A stretch of DNA of 64,000 nucleotides from Pseudomonadota bacterium (GTDB lineage Bacteria > Pseudomonadota > Alphaproteobacteria > Micavibrionales > Micavibrionaceae): the NCBI GenBank assembly GCA_029558635.1, contig JAKQEE010000052.1:204860-268859 (forward strand). The letters are read 5' to 3'. The translations under genes and the position numbers were made by a program. Below the pieces are notes generated by a model. That model ran no database searches and had not been told where the DNA came from. It saw nothing but the letters and a program-made list of their open reading frames with translations. Below are positions 19,549 through 29,009 of the stretch, one piece after another (the stretch's first letter is position 1; each line of letters begins with the position of its first letter).

Positions 19549-20679
19549 ATGTCGAAAGTTCCAGCGTTGTTATCTGTAATCGGTTTGTTGATGGTTGGTG
19601 GCAGCGCCGTGTGTCTGGCCGCCGAGACCACCCAGCCCGCGTTGGAAGTGGTGGCCCAACTGGACCAGCGTCCGGCCAATCTTGCGGTGACAAGTGACGG
19701 CGACATTATCGTTTCTCTTCATCCGTTTGATAATCCCTCCACCCAATTGCTGATGATCAAAAGTGACGGCACGCAAGATCCGTTTCCCAGCAAAGAATGG
19801 AACAGCGGCCAGCCTGATCTCAACGGTCTGGGGTTTGTCAATGTTATCGGGGTTCGTTGCACGCCTTCCGATGAAGTGATTGCTCTGGATATCGGTGATA
19901 AAGATCATGCGCCGCGAATGGTGTTTTTCAATCTCGGAGTCCAGCAGGCCACGCGCGAGGTTTATATTCCACGCGATTTTACAACCGACCAATCCTTCCT
20001 TCAGGATTTTGCCTATGACTGGGAAAAAGACCGTGCCTATATCGCAGATATGGGGCAGGCCGACTTATCCGCTCCGGCGCATCCGGCGTTGATCGACGTT
20101 GCGCCGTCTGCCGGATGGGTGCGACGCGTATTGCCGGATTTTGAAGAATTTATGCCACCGGAAAAACCTTTGGAGATTGGCGGCAAGGTTCTGAGGATTG
20201 AAAAAGACGGGAAGGAGATTCCGGTTCGGGCGGCGCTCAATTCGATTACGATTGACCCGCAAATGGATTGGCTTTATTTCGCGCCAATGGGTGAGGGGAA
20301 GCTTTACCGCGTGCCGATTTCTCGCGTGTCCGATATGACTTATTCAAAGGATGATATTTTGAAGCGTCTGGAAGTTGTTTCCGACAAGAAACCGGCGAGT
20401 GACGGGATTACGGTTGATTCTGCCGGTAATGTTTATGTGGCGGCCATCGGCAAAGGTGAGATCGGGGTGATAACGCCGGACGGCGAATATAAAACCTATA
20501 TCAAGGATGATCGTCTGGATTGGGTCGACGGGTTCTCATTCGGTCCGGATGGGTATTTGTATGCCACGGTCTCGCAACTTGACCGCGCGCCGTTTTTTAA
20601 CAAAGGCGAAGACAAAAGCCAGAAGCCGTTTCTGATCGTTAGGTTCAAGCCGTTGGCGGATGGCGTGATGGGGCGTTAA
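19549..20679 (+). CDS. secreted beta-propeller protein (SMP-30/gluconolactonase/LRE-like or MRJP/yellow-like)
   Basis: Trimmed to MSKVPALLSVIGLLMVGGSAVCLA, a signal peptide. Repeated blade-like strings are present (DGDIIVSLHP, DGITVDSAGNVYVA, GPDGYLYATVSQL). Confidence 0.5.
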   Translation: MSKVPALLSVIGLLMVGGSAVCLAAETTQPALEVVAQLDQRPANLAVTSDGDIIVSLHPFDNPSTQLLMIKSDGTQDPFPSKEWNSGQPDLNGLGFVNVIGVRCTPSDEVIALDIGDKDHAPRMVFFNLGVQQATREVYIPRDFTTDQSFLQDFAYDWEKDRAYIADMGQADLSAPAHPALIDVAPSAGWVRRVLPDFEEFMPPEKPLEIGGKVLRIEKDGKEIPVRAALNSITIDPQMDWLYFAPMGEGKLYRVPISRVSDMTYSKDDILKRLEVVSDKKPASDGITVDSAGNVYVAAIGKGEIGVITPDGEYKTYIKDDRLDWVDGFSFGPDGYLYATVSQLDRAPFFNKGEDKSQKPFLIVRFKPLADGVMGR

Positions 20680-21977
20680 GACGCTAGTGCGCGGTCGATA
20701 ATCGTTCCGGCGTGTTTGGTGTAAACGCTTAAATCGAAAATTTTATCGAGGGCGGATTTGTCGAGTTTTGATGTTACGTCTGTGTCTTGTTCGAGCATAT
20801 CGCGGAGCGATACTTTGCCGTCTGATTCCCAAACTTTCATCGCGCTGCGCTGGACAATGCGGTAGGCGTCTTCGCGCGAGATGCCGTTTTGCGTGAGGGC
20901 CAGCAAGGTGCGTTGGGAAAACACAAGGCCACCCATGCGGTCCAAATTCGATTTCATGCGGTCGGGGTAGACCAACAGATTTTCAATGACGTTTGCCATA
21001 CGGCCCAGTGCGAAGTCGAGGGCCACGGTTGTATCGGGCGCGATAAAGCGTTCGACCGAGGAATGCGAAATATCGCGTTCATGCCACAAGGCCACGTTTT
21101 CCATTGCGGGGATCACAGCCGAGCGGACCATACGGGCCAGACCCGTCAGATTTTCCGTGAGGATGGGATTGCGTTTATGCGGCATCGCGGAGGAGCCTTT
21201 TTGTTTTTCGGAGAAAAACTCTTCGGCTTCCCTTACTTCGGTGCGTTGCAGGTGGCGAATTTCAATCGCCAGATTTTCAATCGAAGACGCAATCACACCC
21301 ATAACGGCAAAGAACATTGCGTGGCGGTCGCGCGGGATAACCTGCGTCGAGACGGTTTCGGGGGTGAGGCCCAGTTTTTCTGCAACGTAGGATTCAATTT
21401 CGGGCGGGACGGTGGCGTAGGTTCCAACTGCGCCGGAGATCGCGCAGACGGCGACTTCTTTTTTTGCGTCCTGAAGGCGTTTTTTGGCACGGGCAAAGGC
21501 TGCGTAATGGCCTGCGAGCTTGACGCCGAAAGTTGTGGGCTCAGCGTGGATGCCGTGGCTTCGTCCGATGCAGATTGTGTCTTTATGTTCCAGCACGCGC
21601 TTTTTGAGGGCGGCCAAAACTTTATCAAGGTCAGTCAATAAAATATCTGCGGACTGGGTCAGTTGGACCGCAAAGGTGGTGTCGAGGACATCAGACGATG
21701 TCATGCCCTGATGCATGAAGCGGGCTTCTTCGCCGACATATTCGGCAACGTTGGTCAGGAAGGCGATGACGTCGTGTTTCACGTCGCGTTCGATTTCATC
21801 AATGCGGGCGGCGTTGAAATTTCCGCGTTCGCGCAGGGCTTTTGAGACGCCTTGCGGGATCGTGCCGTTTTGCTCCATCGCTTCGGCGGCGAGTGTTTCG
21901 ACTTCCAGCATGATGCGGAATTTATTATTGGCTTCCCAGATGGCAGCCATGTCGGGGCGGGTGTAGCGTGGGATCAT
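20676..21977 (-). CDS. purB: adenylosuccinate lyase
   Basis: Carries the fumarate-lyase signature GSSAMPHKRNP. 433 aa. Confidence 0.95.
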   Translation of the reverse strand: MIPRYTRPDMAAIWEANNKFRIMLEVETLAAEAMEQNGTIPQGVSKALRERGNFNAARIDEIERDVKHDVIAFLTNVAEYVGEEARFMHQGMTSSDVLDTTFAVQLTQSADILLTDLDKVLAALKKRVLEHKDTICIGRSHGIHAEPTTFGVKLAGHYAAFARAKKRLQDAKKEVAVCAISGAVGTYATVPPEIESYVAEKLGLTPETVSTQVIPRDRHAMFFAVMGVIASSIENLAIEIRHLQRTEVREAEEFFSEKQKGSSAMPHKRNPILTENLTGLARMVRSAVIPAMENVALWHERDISHSSVERFIAPDTTVALDFALGRMANVIENLLVYPDRMKSNLDRMGGLVFSQRTLLALTQNGISREDAYRIVQRSAMKVWESDGKVSLRDMLEQDTDVTSKLDKSALDKIFDLSVYTKHAGTIIDRALAS

Positions 21978-22696
21978 GATGGTAGCAGTCCTTTATTGCG
22001 CATGGAGGTTGTGCCGCTTTTCGATACAACAATATGGTCGTGGATGACAATCCCTAATGGCCCCGCGGCGGCGATTATCTGGGCGGTCATGTCGATGTCG
22101 GCCTTTGATGGGGTCGGGTCGCCGCTCGGGTGGTTGTGAACCAGAATAATGGCCGTGGCCGAAAGTTCCAGCGCGCGTTTCACGATTTCGCGCGGGTAGG
22201 CGGGGGTGTGGTCCACCGTGCCTGATTGCTGGGTTTCATCAGCAATCAGCTCGTTTTTCTTATTCAGAAAGAGCAAGCGGAAATGTTCTTTCTTCTCGAA
22301 GCCCATCGTGGCCTGAACGTAATCCATCAGGCGCGACCAACTGTTGAGGATGGGCTGGTTCAAAACTTCGTGTTTCATAAAGTGGAAGGCGGCGGCTTTG
22401 ATCGCGCGCAGTGCTGTAATGGATGTGTCGGTCAGGCCCATGCGCGAGAGATCGGCGTCGGATGCATGAAAGACCGCATTAAACGATCCAAATTGCGAGA
22501 GAAGGGCCTTGGCCAGCGGTTTGACGTCCTTGCGCGGGATCGCCATAAAGAGAATGAGTTCAAGGATTTCATAGTCGGCCAGAGCGTCCACGCCACCCCT
22601 TAAAAACCGTTCGCGCAGACGGTCGCGGTGGCCCGTATAGTGCGGGGCGGGAGTGTCGTCTTTTATCAAAGCAGGGTTATCGGCACTTTTGGGCAT
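21974..22696 (-). CDS. radC: RadC-family JAB-domain protein
   Basis: Carries HNHPSGDPTPSKADI (JAMM motif). It overlaps purB by 4 nt. Confidence 0.9.
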   Translation of the reverse strand: MPKSADNPALIKDDTPAPHYTGHRDRLRERFLRGGVDALADYEILELILFMAIPRKDVKPLAKALLSQFGSFNAVFHASDADLSRMGLTDTSITALRAIKAAAFHFMKHEVLNQPILNSWSRLMDYVQATMGFEKKEHFRLLFLNKKNELIADETQQSGTVDHTPAYPREIVKRALELSATAIILVHNHPSGDPTPSKADIDMTAQIIAAAGPLGIVIHDHIVVSKSGTTSMRNKGLLPS

Positions 22697-22736
22697 GAGG
22701 GCAGTATAGCAGCCTATTTCCGAAAGGCTAGGGTTG

Positions 22737-23474
22737 TTATCCTGATTGCCCGCTTTGCGGACTGCCCCCCATTTGGGGAGAGCTTGGTCCAGTTTGTGCC
22801 GCCATTTGCTCGGGGAATGGGGCGGGCTGGGGCCAGCCGTCCAGCCAGTCCATCGGTTGCTGTGGTTTCATTTGTTTTTGCCACAGTTTCAGTGTTGCCC
22901 TAAGTGTTTCGCCGTTGCTGAGGCGGGTTTCAAGCAGGTCGTAGCATCGTGCCGATTGCCCGAACCAATTCATCACCTTCAAGAGAAGTCCTCTCTTTTC
23001 TGTCTCGAATGTTGCGTATCTGCCGAAGAAGAAGGCGTTTTTTTTCAGGCGATCCAGAATGTAGTCAACCCTGCCTTCCGGAAAAAGGCACTCATAAAGG
23101 TTTCCAAGAAGCTTCGGGTGCTTGCGGAGGAGCGTATTTCCGAGGGTTGCATCGTCGAGGATGAATTGCTTCATAAACCACTGGTCGCTCTTTCCGATCT
23201 GTACAAGAAGACGTTTTATCGAGAACAGGTTGATCGGGTCAGCCAAACCGGGATCTGCGAGTATGTTGTTAAGGCCTACACGGACTTCGCTGTCCATCAT
23301 CCGTGCTTTGGCCGTTTGGATTTCGCTGTCGCTGAATCTAAGCTCCATATCTTTGGATGAAGGCAAAAGATTTCCTGAAGTTGAAAAGGCTTCAGTCAGT
23401 TCGGGGATGGGCATGGTGTTTCCGTAAAGAAAGTTACGTAAATATTGGAGGGGGGGATTCGTTCCTTCATTCAA
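22737..23474 (-). CDS. hypothetical protein with a Pro/Gln-rich C-terminal tail
   Basis: A 245-aa ORF with no recognisable motif. The tail is QPAPFPEQMAAQTGPSSPQMGGSPQSGQSG. Confidence 0.5.
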   Translation of the reverse strand: MNEGTNPPLQYLRNFLYGNTMPIPELTEAFSTSGNLLPSSKDMELRFSDSEIQTAKARMMDSEVRVGLNNILADPGLADPINLFSIKRLLVQIGKSDQWFMKQFILDDATLGNTLLRKHPKLLGNLYECLFPEGRVDYILDRLKKNAFFFGRYATFETEKRGLLLKVMNWFGQSARCYDLLETRLSNGETLRATLKLWQKQMKPQQPMDWLDGWPQPAPFPEQMAAQTGPSSPQMGGSPQSGQSG

Positions 23475-23605
23475 TCAAACTCTTCCTTATTGTGCGCGAC
23501 AAGATGCTTTTTTCTTTATTTCACCGGATATTTTGTTGTAGCGTTTTCATGCTTAACGAAATTTAATTATAAAATATATATCGTTTCTGGCCTCGGGAGG
23601 AAGAC

Positions 23606-24199
23606 ATGATGCCATTTTCGTCGAATGCTGCGTATTGTTCCGACTGGGTCCTCTCGCCGACAACGTTTATTACCGACGTGCGGGCGATGATGGATCTGCT
23701 TTCCACTTTAAAATTCGATCACGATATTTGCAATTGGCAGGCGGTGTTTGTCACCGATCCGCGGGTTTTGATGAAGATTCTACCGCAAGAGGTGAGAGCA
23801 GAAAGCGATTTTGCCGTAGTGTTTGGAGTCAATCTGTCGGCGTGGGACAAACCCCATCCGAATTTGTGGAGCAGAGCAACATACGAAGAGCGGTCGCGTT
23901 ATATTGATGACAGGCTGGCGATGATGCGTGGCGACGACCACCGGCAGCGTGACCGTGCGATGCGGGCTGTGGGAATGGCTGCAGGATTTCTGATCGCAAA
24001 GGCGCGGAATCTGAAATATGCGGTGAACTTCCTACATGATTTCGAAAGTGCCGAGATTGCGCACGAAGTCGGGTTGCCCGATTCCTATCAGGTCACGATG
24101 ATCGTGACCTTAAAGCGGGCGATGCAGCCCCTTCGGCGAGAGGGTGAAAATCTCGTACCCGTTTTCCGTGACGGCGAGGGAATGCTCAAACTGAGCTGA
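23606..24199 (+). CDS. hypothetical protein (weak nitroreductase-fold resemblance)
   Basis: 197 aa. The C-terminal AVGMAAGFLIAKARNLKYAVNFLHDFESAEIAHEVGLPDSYQVTMIVTL resembles the nitroreductase dimer-interface/FMN region. The last 90 nt overlap the convergent map gene. Confidence 0.4.
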   Translation: MMPFSSNAAYCSDWVLSPTTFITDVRAMMDLLSTLKFDHDICNWQAVFVTDPRVLMKILPQEVRAESDFAVVFGVNLSAWDKPHPNLWSRATYEERSRYIDDRLAMMRGDDHRQRDRAMRAVGMAAGFLIAKARNLKYAVNFLHDFESAEIAHEVGLPDSYQVTMIVTLKRAMQPLRREGENLVPVFRDGEGMLKLS

Positions 24200-24997
24200 G
24201 AGGCCTTTGTCGCGGGTGACGGCGGTCCATCCGTCTTGCAACACTTTCGTTTCAAAGGTTCCGGTGTTGATCATTGGTTCAATGGTGAAGAACATTCCGG
24301 GTTCGAGGATGAGGCTGTCGGACGAGGGGTTATAATAATGCAGAATTTGCGGTTCGGCGTGGAATGTCAGGCCCAGACCGTGGCCGCAGAAATCACGTAC
24401 CACTGAAAAACGATTGGGGAGGGCGACGGCTTCAATCGCTTTGCCAATGTCGCCCAATGTTGCGCCGGGTTTGACGACTTCGATCCCCGCCATCATCGCA
24501 TCGTATGTGACATCCACCAGTTTTTTTGCTTTCACGTTCGGCTTTCCGGCATAGTACATGCGGCTGGTGTCGCCGTGCCATCCATCCACGATCACGGTGA
24601 CGTCGATATTCACAATGTCGCCGTGCATCAATTTTTTAGGGCCCGGAATGCCGTGGCAGACGACGTGATTGATCGACGTGCAGATTGATTTCGGGAAGCC
24701 GCGATAGTTGAGCGGAGCCGGAATCGCGCCGTTTTTGGTGATGAATTCATGGCAGATGCGGTCGAGTTCTTCGGTGGTCACGCCGACATCGACATGCTCT
24801 GCGATCATATCAAGCGTTTCGGCGGCCAGTTTTCCGGCTTTTCTCATCCCTTCGAAATCGGCTTCGCTATGGAGCTCAATGCCTTGGGAAAACTTGTTTT
24901 TGGGCGCGGTCTGGGTCACTGTCTTTATCCTCTTTCCTCCTGTAATTAAAGCAAAAGGCCTGCTCTGTCCATAAAGCCAAAAGGAAAAGTTTGACAT
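24110..24997 (-). CDS. map: type I methionine aminopeptidase
   Basis: Metal-ligand blocks are present (DIVNIDVTVIVDGWHGDTSRMY, CGHGLGLTFH, FTIEPM, QFEHS). ORF 24110..25132 was trimmed to M46. The exact start is uncertain. Confidence 0.9.
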   Translation of the reverse strand: MSNFSFWLYGQSRPFALITGGKRIKTVTQTAPKNKFSQGIELHSEADFEGMRKAGKLAAETLDMIAEHVDVGVTTEELDRICHEFITKNGAIPAPLNYRGFPKSICTSINHVVCHGIPGPKKLMHGDIVNIDVTVIVDGWHGDTSRMYYAGKPNVKAKKLVDVTYDAMMAGIEVVKPGATLGDIGKAIEAVALPNRFSVVRDFCGHGLGLTFHAEPQILHYYNPSSDSLILEPGMFFTIEPMINTGTFETKVLQDGWTAVTRDKGLSAQFEHSLAVTENGYEIFTLSPKGLHRPL

Positions 24998-25228
24998 TTT
25001 TAAAATGAAAGTGTTAGCCTTTCTTTCATGCAAACCAAAAACTACCACGTTCTGGCCACGATGACGATGCGAATGATGCGCATGCGTAGCGGCAGGGCGT
25101 AAGGTTTCGGCGTAGTTTTTAAATTTCTCCATTCTTTATGATCGACCCCCTGCCAATCCAAGCGAATGTGGCGAGGTGAGCGCGTTCCGAATTTGTTTTT
25201 CAGCAATTTTTGGTTTTAGGAGATAAAA

Positions 25229-25477
25229 ATGACAGTACAATTTGGAGATGTTATCAGCGGGCTTTTGTTTGACGGCTTTACGGTGGCTGTTGACGATATA
25301 CCGGAAGTCTTTTCAGGGGTTCGGGGTGTTCGCCCCAGAAACAAAGAGGAGGATTGGGGTATTGTTGTCGATGTCGGCGGGGTCGAGTATGAGTTTGCAA
25401 CCATTCCCGATGCTGAAGGGGTTGGGAACAAAATTTACAATGCGGTCCATGTTTTGCGCAACTTTTGTTGCATTTAG
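25229..25477 (+). CDS. hypothetical small protein ending in ...NFCCI
   Basis: A strong Shine-Dalgarno is present (TAGGAGATAAAAATG). 82 aa. Confidence 0.5.
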   Translation: MTVQFGDVISGLLFDGFTVAVDDIPEVFSGVRGVRPRNKEEDWGIVVDVGGVEYEFATIPDAEGVGNKIYNAVHVLRNFCCI

Positions 25478-25513
25478 CCGCAGAAAATGTATTTTATATG
25501 AAGGAGATGAATT

Positions 25514-25864
25514 ATGGGCAGTTTTGAACATTTGAAAGAAGTGTTTTCCGGTGAAGGAGGGGCGTTGATTGGCCCAGTGGAGGGTTTGCATCCTGTTAAA
25601 GTTACGTGTGAGTTATCGCCGCAAAGCGGGGATGACGCTGCGTATTTTATATCGGCTGTCGATAAGGGAGGTCAATCTACTTTGGTCGGGTCTGTTCCGG
25701 CGGGCCTTTCTGGGATTACGACCCGATTGGAAGTTTTGAAAAATGTTCTGGTCGATTATTTTGGTGGAGCTTCCAAAGCGGAAACTTCTTTCCAACGACA
25801 AGTTGGGGTCCGTTCAATTGATAGGGGATTTTCTGTTCCGGTTGGTCATGGGTGTTGTGTCTAG
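25514..25864 (+). CDS. hypothetical small protein ending in ...GHGCCV
   Basis: The Shine-Dalgarno is GAAGGAGATGAATTATG. 116 aa. A terminator follows. Confidence 0.5.
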   Translation: MGSFEHLKEVFSGEGGALIGPVEGLHPVKVTCELSPQSGDDAAYFISAVDKGGQSTLVGSVPAGLSGITTRLEVLKNVLVDYFGGASKAETSFQRQVGVRSIDRGFSVPVGHGCCV

Positions 25865-25897
25865 GAAAGGGATATCTTTTCTGTTGTTATTTACTGG

Positions 25898-25929
25898 TCA
25901 AGGGGTGTTGGTGTCCCTTGATTTTTTTT
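25898..25929 (+). terminator. rho-independent terminator
   Basis: tcaagggg-tgttggtg-tcccttga followed by a T8 run. Confidence 0.7.
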
Positions 25930-25954
25930 GTGCCGACCTTTACTTTCTGATGAC

Positions 25955-26722
25955 ATGACAGACAAACTCACAGCAGCGCTTCTGGTTATCGGGAACGAAA
26001 TTCTTTCGGGCCGGACACAGGACACGAACACACCGTGGATCGCCGGAAAACTTAATCTGCGCGGGATACGTTTGATTGAAGTGCGTGTCGTTCCGGATGT
26101 TGAAGAGTGCATTGTCGAAGCCGTCAATGAATTGCGTTCCCGCGCGGCGTATCTGTTTACCACGGGCGGGATCGGCCCTACGCATGACGATATTACGACG
26201 GAGTCGATTGCCAAAGCTTTCGGCGTTGGGGCTATTGTGAATGAGGAGGCGCGTCTGGCGTTGCTCAACCATTACCGCAACGAAGCGGATCTCACTCCGG
26301 CAAGGATGAAGATGGCGCATATTCCTGATGGAGCTACGCTTATTCCCAATCCGGTGTCGGGTGCGCCGGGGTTTCAAATCGGAAATGTTTATGTGATGGC
26401 CGGTGTGCCGCGGATCATGCAGGCGATGCTCGATCATATCCTGCCGGAATTGGAGAAGGGGCATCCGATCCTATCCAACACGGTGACGTGCGATTTGCCC
26501 GAGAGTGTGGTTGCCGAAGGATTGACCGCGATCCAGAATAAATATGACAGCGTCGAAATCGGGTCCTATCCGCATTTTCGTATGGGGGAGCTGGGGCTTT
26601 CGGTTGTGCTGCGCTCAACCGAGAATAATCAGTTGCATGAAGCAACGCAGGACGTTGTATCGTTGATCGACAAGGTCGGCGGCAAGGCGTTTGCTGTTAG
26701 TGTGCAGTCAAACCCCTCATAA
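25955..26722 (+). CDS. CinA-like MoCF/molybdopterin-binding domain protein
   Basis: Carries AALLVIGNEILSGRTQDTN and LFTTGGIGPTHDDIT. Trimmed to the ATG at 25955. Confidence 0.8.
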   Translation: MTDKLTAALLVIGNEILSGRTQDTNTPWIAGKLNLRGIRLIEVRVVPDVEECIVEAVNELRSRAAYLFTTGGIGPTHDDITTESIAKAFGVGAIVNEEARLALLNHYRNEADLTPARMKMAHIPDGATLIPNPVSGAPGFQIGNVYVMAGVPRIMQAMLDHILPELEKGHPILSNTVTCDLPESVVAEGLTAIQNKYDSVEIGSYPHFRMGELGLSVVLRSTENNQLHEATQDVVSLIDKVGGKAFAVSVQSNPS

Positions 26723-26780
26723 GTTATGAGATGTCACAGTCGGAATTTGGGCCTGCGCGGTGCGCAGGCCTTGCCAATTT

Positions 26781-28766
26781 CTATGTCTGTGAAGTCGGTT
26801 CCGGCGGCAAGGCGTGAGATGTTATTTCCTCTTTCATTTTGATGAGGAATTCATCAGCCGTGAATGTTTCCTGAGTGTTGACCCCTAGGCGACGGACTGT
26901 GATTGTGCCGTCCTCTTGTTCTTTGTTGCCGATAATTCCGACATAGGTCACTTTTGCGTTCATGTGTTCGCGGATTTTATAGGAAATTTTCTCGTTCCGT
27001 TCATCATGTTTCGCGCGAATGCCTGCAAATTTCAGTTTTTCCGTCAGGGTGCGGGCGGCATAGTTGTTGGCTTCGGTCACGCCGGAAATCACGACTTGAA
27101 CCGGAGCCAGCCACAGGGGGAGGTTGCCGCCGGTGCTTTCGATCAGAAGACCGATAAAGCGTTCAAACGTTCCGAATACGGCGCGGTGGATCATGACAGG
27201 GGGATGTTTTTGGCCGTCGGCTCCCATGTAGGATGCGTCGAGACGTTCGGGCAGCATGAAGTCCAATTGGCATGTACCGCATTGCCATGAGCGGCCGATC
27301 GAGTCCACTAAATGGAATTCATATTTCGGGCCATAAAATGCACCGTCGCCAGGGGCGTATTCGAACGGTATATCGAGTTCGTGCAAAGCATCGGCCATAG
27401 CTTTTTCCGCTTTGTCCCACGTTTCATCTGATCCGACGCGTTTTTCCGGACGTGTGGCGAGGAAGAGTTTGATGTCAGTGAATCCAAAATCTTTATAGAC
27501 ATCTTTAAATAGGGCGACGAAGCGTTTGACCTCGTCACCGATTTGGTCTTCGCGGCAGAAGATATGTGCATCGTCTTGGGTCATTTGACGAACGCGCATC
27601 AGGCCGTGGAGGGCACCGTGCGCTTCGTTACGGTGACAGCATCCCATCTCCGCCATACGGATAGGCAGGTCGCGGTAGCTTTTGATCCCGTGTTTGAAAA
27701 TCTGGACGTGGGCCGGACAGTTCATGGGTTTCAGGGCCATAAACTCTTTCGGTTCGGTTTTAAAGATCGGTCCATCCAGTTCGATGTTTGGCACGACATC
27801 AGGCACAACGAACATGTTCTCGCGGTATTTGTCCCAGTGGCCCGAGGCTTCCCAGAATTTCGAGTGCATCAGTTGCGGGGTTTTGACCTCGACATAGCCA
27901 TCGGCATAAATTTTCTGGCGGATATAGTTTTCAAGTTCGCGATAAATTGTAAAGCCGTGCGGATGCCAGAAGACTGAGCCTTGGGCTTCTTCCTGCAAAT
28001 GGAACAAATCCATTTCCTTGCCGATTTTACGGTGGTCGCGTTTTTCAGCTTCTTCGATCTGGTGCAGGTATGCATCCAGTTCTTCCTGAGTGCGCCACGC
28101 CGTTCCGTAGACACGGGTCAGCATTTCATTCTGGCTGTTGCCGCGCCAATATGCACCGGCCAATTTCGTCAGTTTGAACGCGCCGATTTTGCCCAAAGAC
28201 GGCAGGTGTGGCCCGCGACACAAGTCGATAAAGGCTGTCTCGCCCTGATGATAAATCTGGAACGCGTCAGACTCCGGTGTGTCTTCGATGATTTTGACTT
28301 TGTAATCTTCGCCGCGTTCTTTGAACAAGGCAATCGCATCCGCGCGGTTGTAAACTTTCTTCTCGATCTTGTGACCTTCTTTTACGATGCGGTGCATCTC
28401 TTTCTCGATTTTTTCGAGATCATCGGACGAGATCGGCGTTTCAAACGCGATATCGTAGTAAAAACCGTCCTTGATCGTAGGTCCGATGGCCAGACGTGCG
28501 GAGGGGTAGAGGTTTTTGATTGCGCGTGCCAGAACCTGCGCGGCAATCGTATGGCGCATAATATCCAGACCGTCATCGTCATTGGATGTCAGAATGGCAA
28601 TTTGAGCGTTATCGGGTACGGGGTCGGAGAGATCGCGCAGTTCGCCGTTGACACGAACCGCGACGGCAGCTTTGGAGAGGCTAGTGCTGATGGTTTTCGC
28701 GACCTCAAGACCGTTCACTTCTGTCTCGAACTCTTTGAAAGACCCATCGGGCAGCACCACGCGCAT
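26781..28766 (-). CDS. thrS: threonine--tRNA ligase
   Basis: The TGS N-terminus is MRVVLPDGSFKEF. Class II motifs and the zinc site (CRGPH) are present. Trimmed from 28820 to the ATG at 28766. Confidence 0.95.
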   Translation of the reverse strand: MRVVLPDGSFKEFETEVNGLEVAKTISTSLSKAAVAVRVNGELRDLSDPVPDNAQIAILTSNDDDGLDIMRHTIAAQVLARAIKNLYPSARLAIGPTIKDGFYYDIAFETPISSDDLEKIEKEMHRIVKEGHKIEKKVYNRADAIALFKERGEDYKVKIIEDTPESDAFQIYHQGETAFIDLCRGPHLPSLGKIGAFKLTKLAGAYWRGNSQNEMLTRVYGTAWRTQEELDAYLHQIEEAEKRDHRKIGKEMDLFHLQEEAQGSVFWHPHGFTIYRELENYIRQKIYADGYVEVKTPQLMHSKFWEASGHWDKYRENMFVVPDVVPNIELDGPIFKTEPKEFMALKPMNCPAHVQIFKHGIKSYRDLPIRMAEMGCCHRNEAHGALHGLMRVRQMTQDDAHIFCREDQIGDEVKRFVALFKDVYKDFGFTDIKLFLATRPEKRVGSDETWDKAEKAMADALHELDIPFEYAPGDGAFYGPKYEFHLVDSIGRSWQCGTCQLDFMLPERLDASYMGADGQKHPPVMIHRAVFGTFERFIGLLIESTGGNLPLWLAPVQVVISGVTEANNYAARTLTEKLKFAGIRAKHDERNEKISYKIREHMNAKVTYVGIIGNKEQEDGTITVRRLGVNTQETFTADEFLIKMKEEITSHALPPEPTSQT

Positions 28767-28831
28767 AATATAAGCTCCTGTAAATGTTGTGATTTCAATG
28801 ATGTGTAACATTGATATCAAAAGAAAACAAC

Positions 28832-28850
28832 TGGTACGGGCGCGGAGATT
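28832..28850 (-). repeat. tRNA 3'-end-like 19-mer (att-like remnant) in the thrS upstream region
   Basis: The reverse complement is AATCTCC GCGCCCGT A CCA, that is T-stem 3' strand, acceptor 3' strand, discriminator and CCA. It matches the 3' end of the intact tRNA-Leu (31301-31319) at 15 of 19 positions, in the same orientation. Confidence 0.4.
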
Positions 28851-29009
28851 GGCTTGGACATTGTCGCTTATGTTTTTTGCAACTTATAAAATACATAACT
28901 AATAATTTGTAAAATCATAATTACGATACGCACCGTTAAGAATCTTTGCATTTTTCCCCGTTTTGGCCTATATTCATGAATAATTCCTTAACAGAATTGG
29001 GGGTTTATC

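Noticed and set aside
27981-28808. 275-aa + strand ORF
   Set aside because: It is antisense to thrS.
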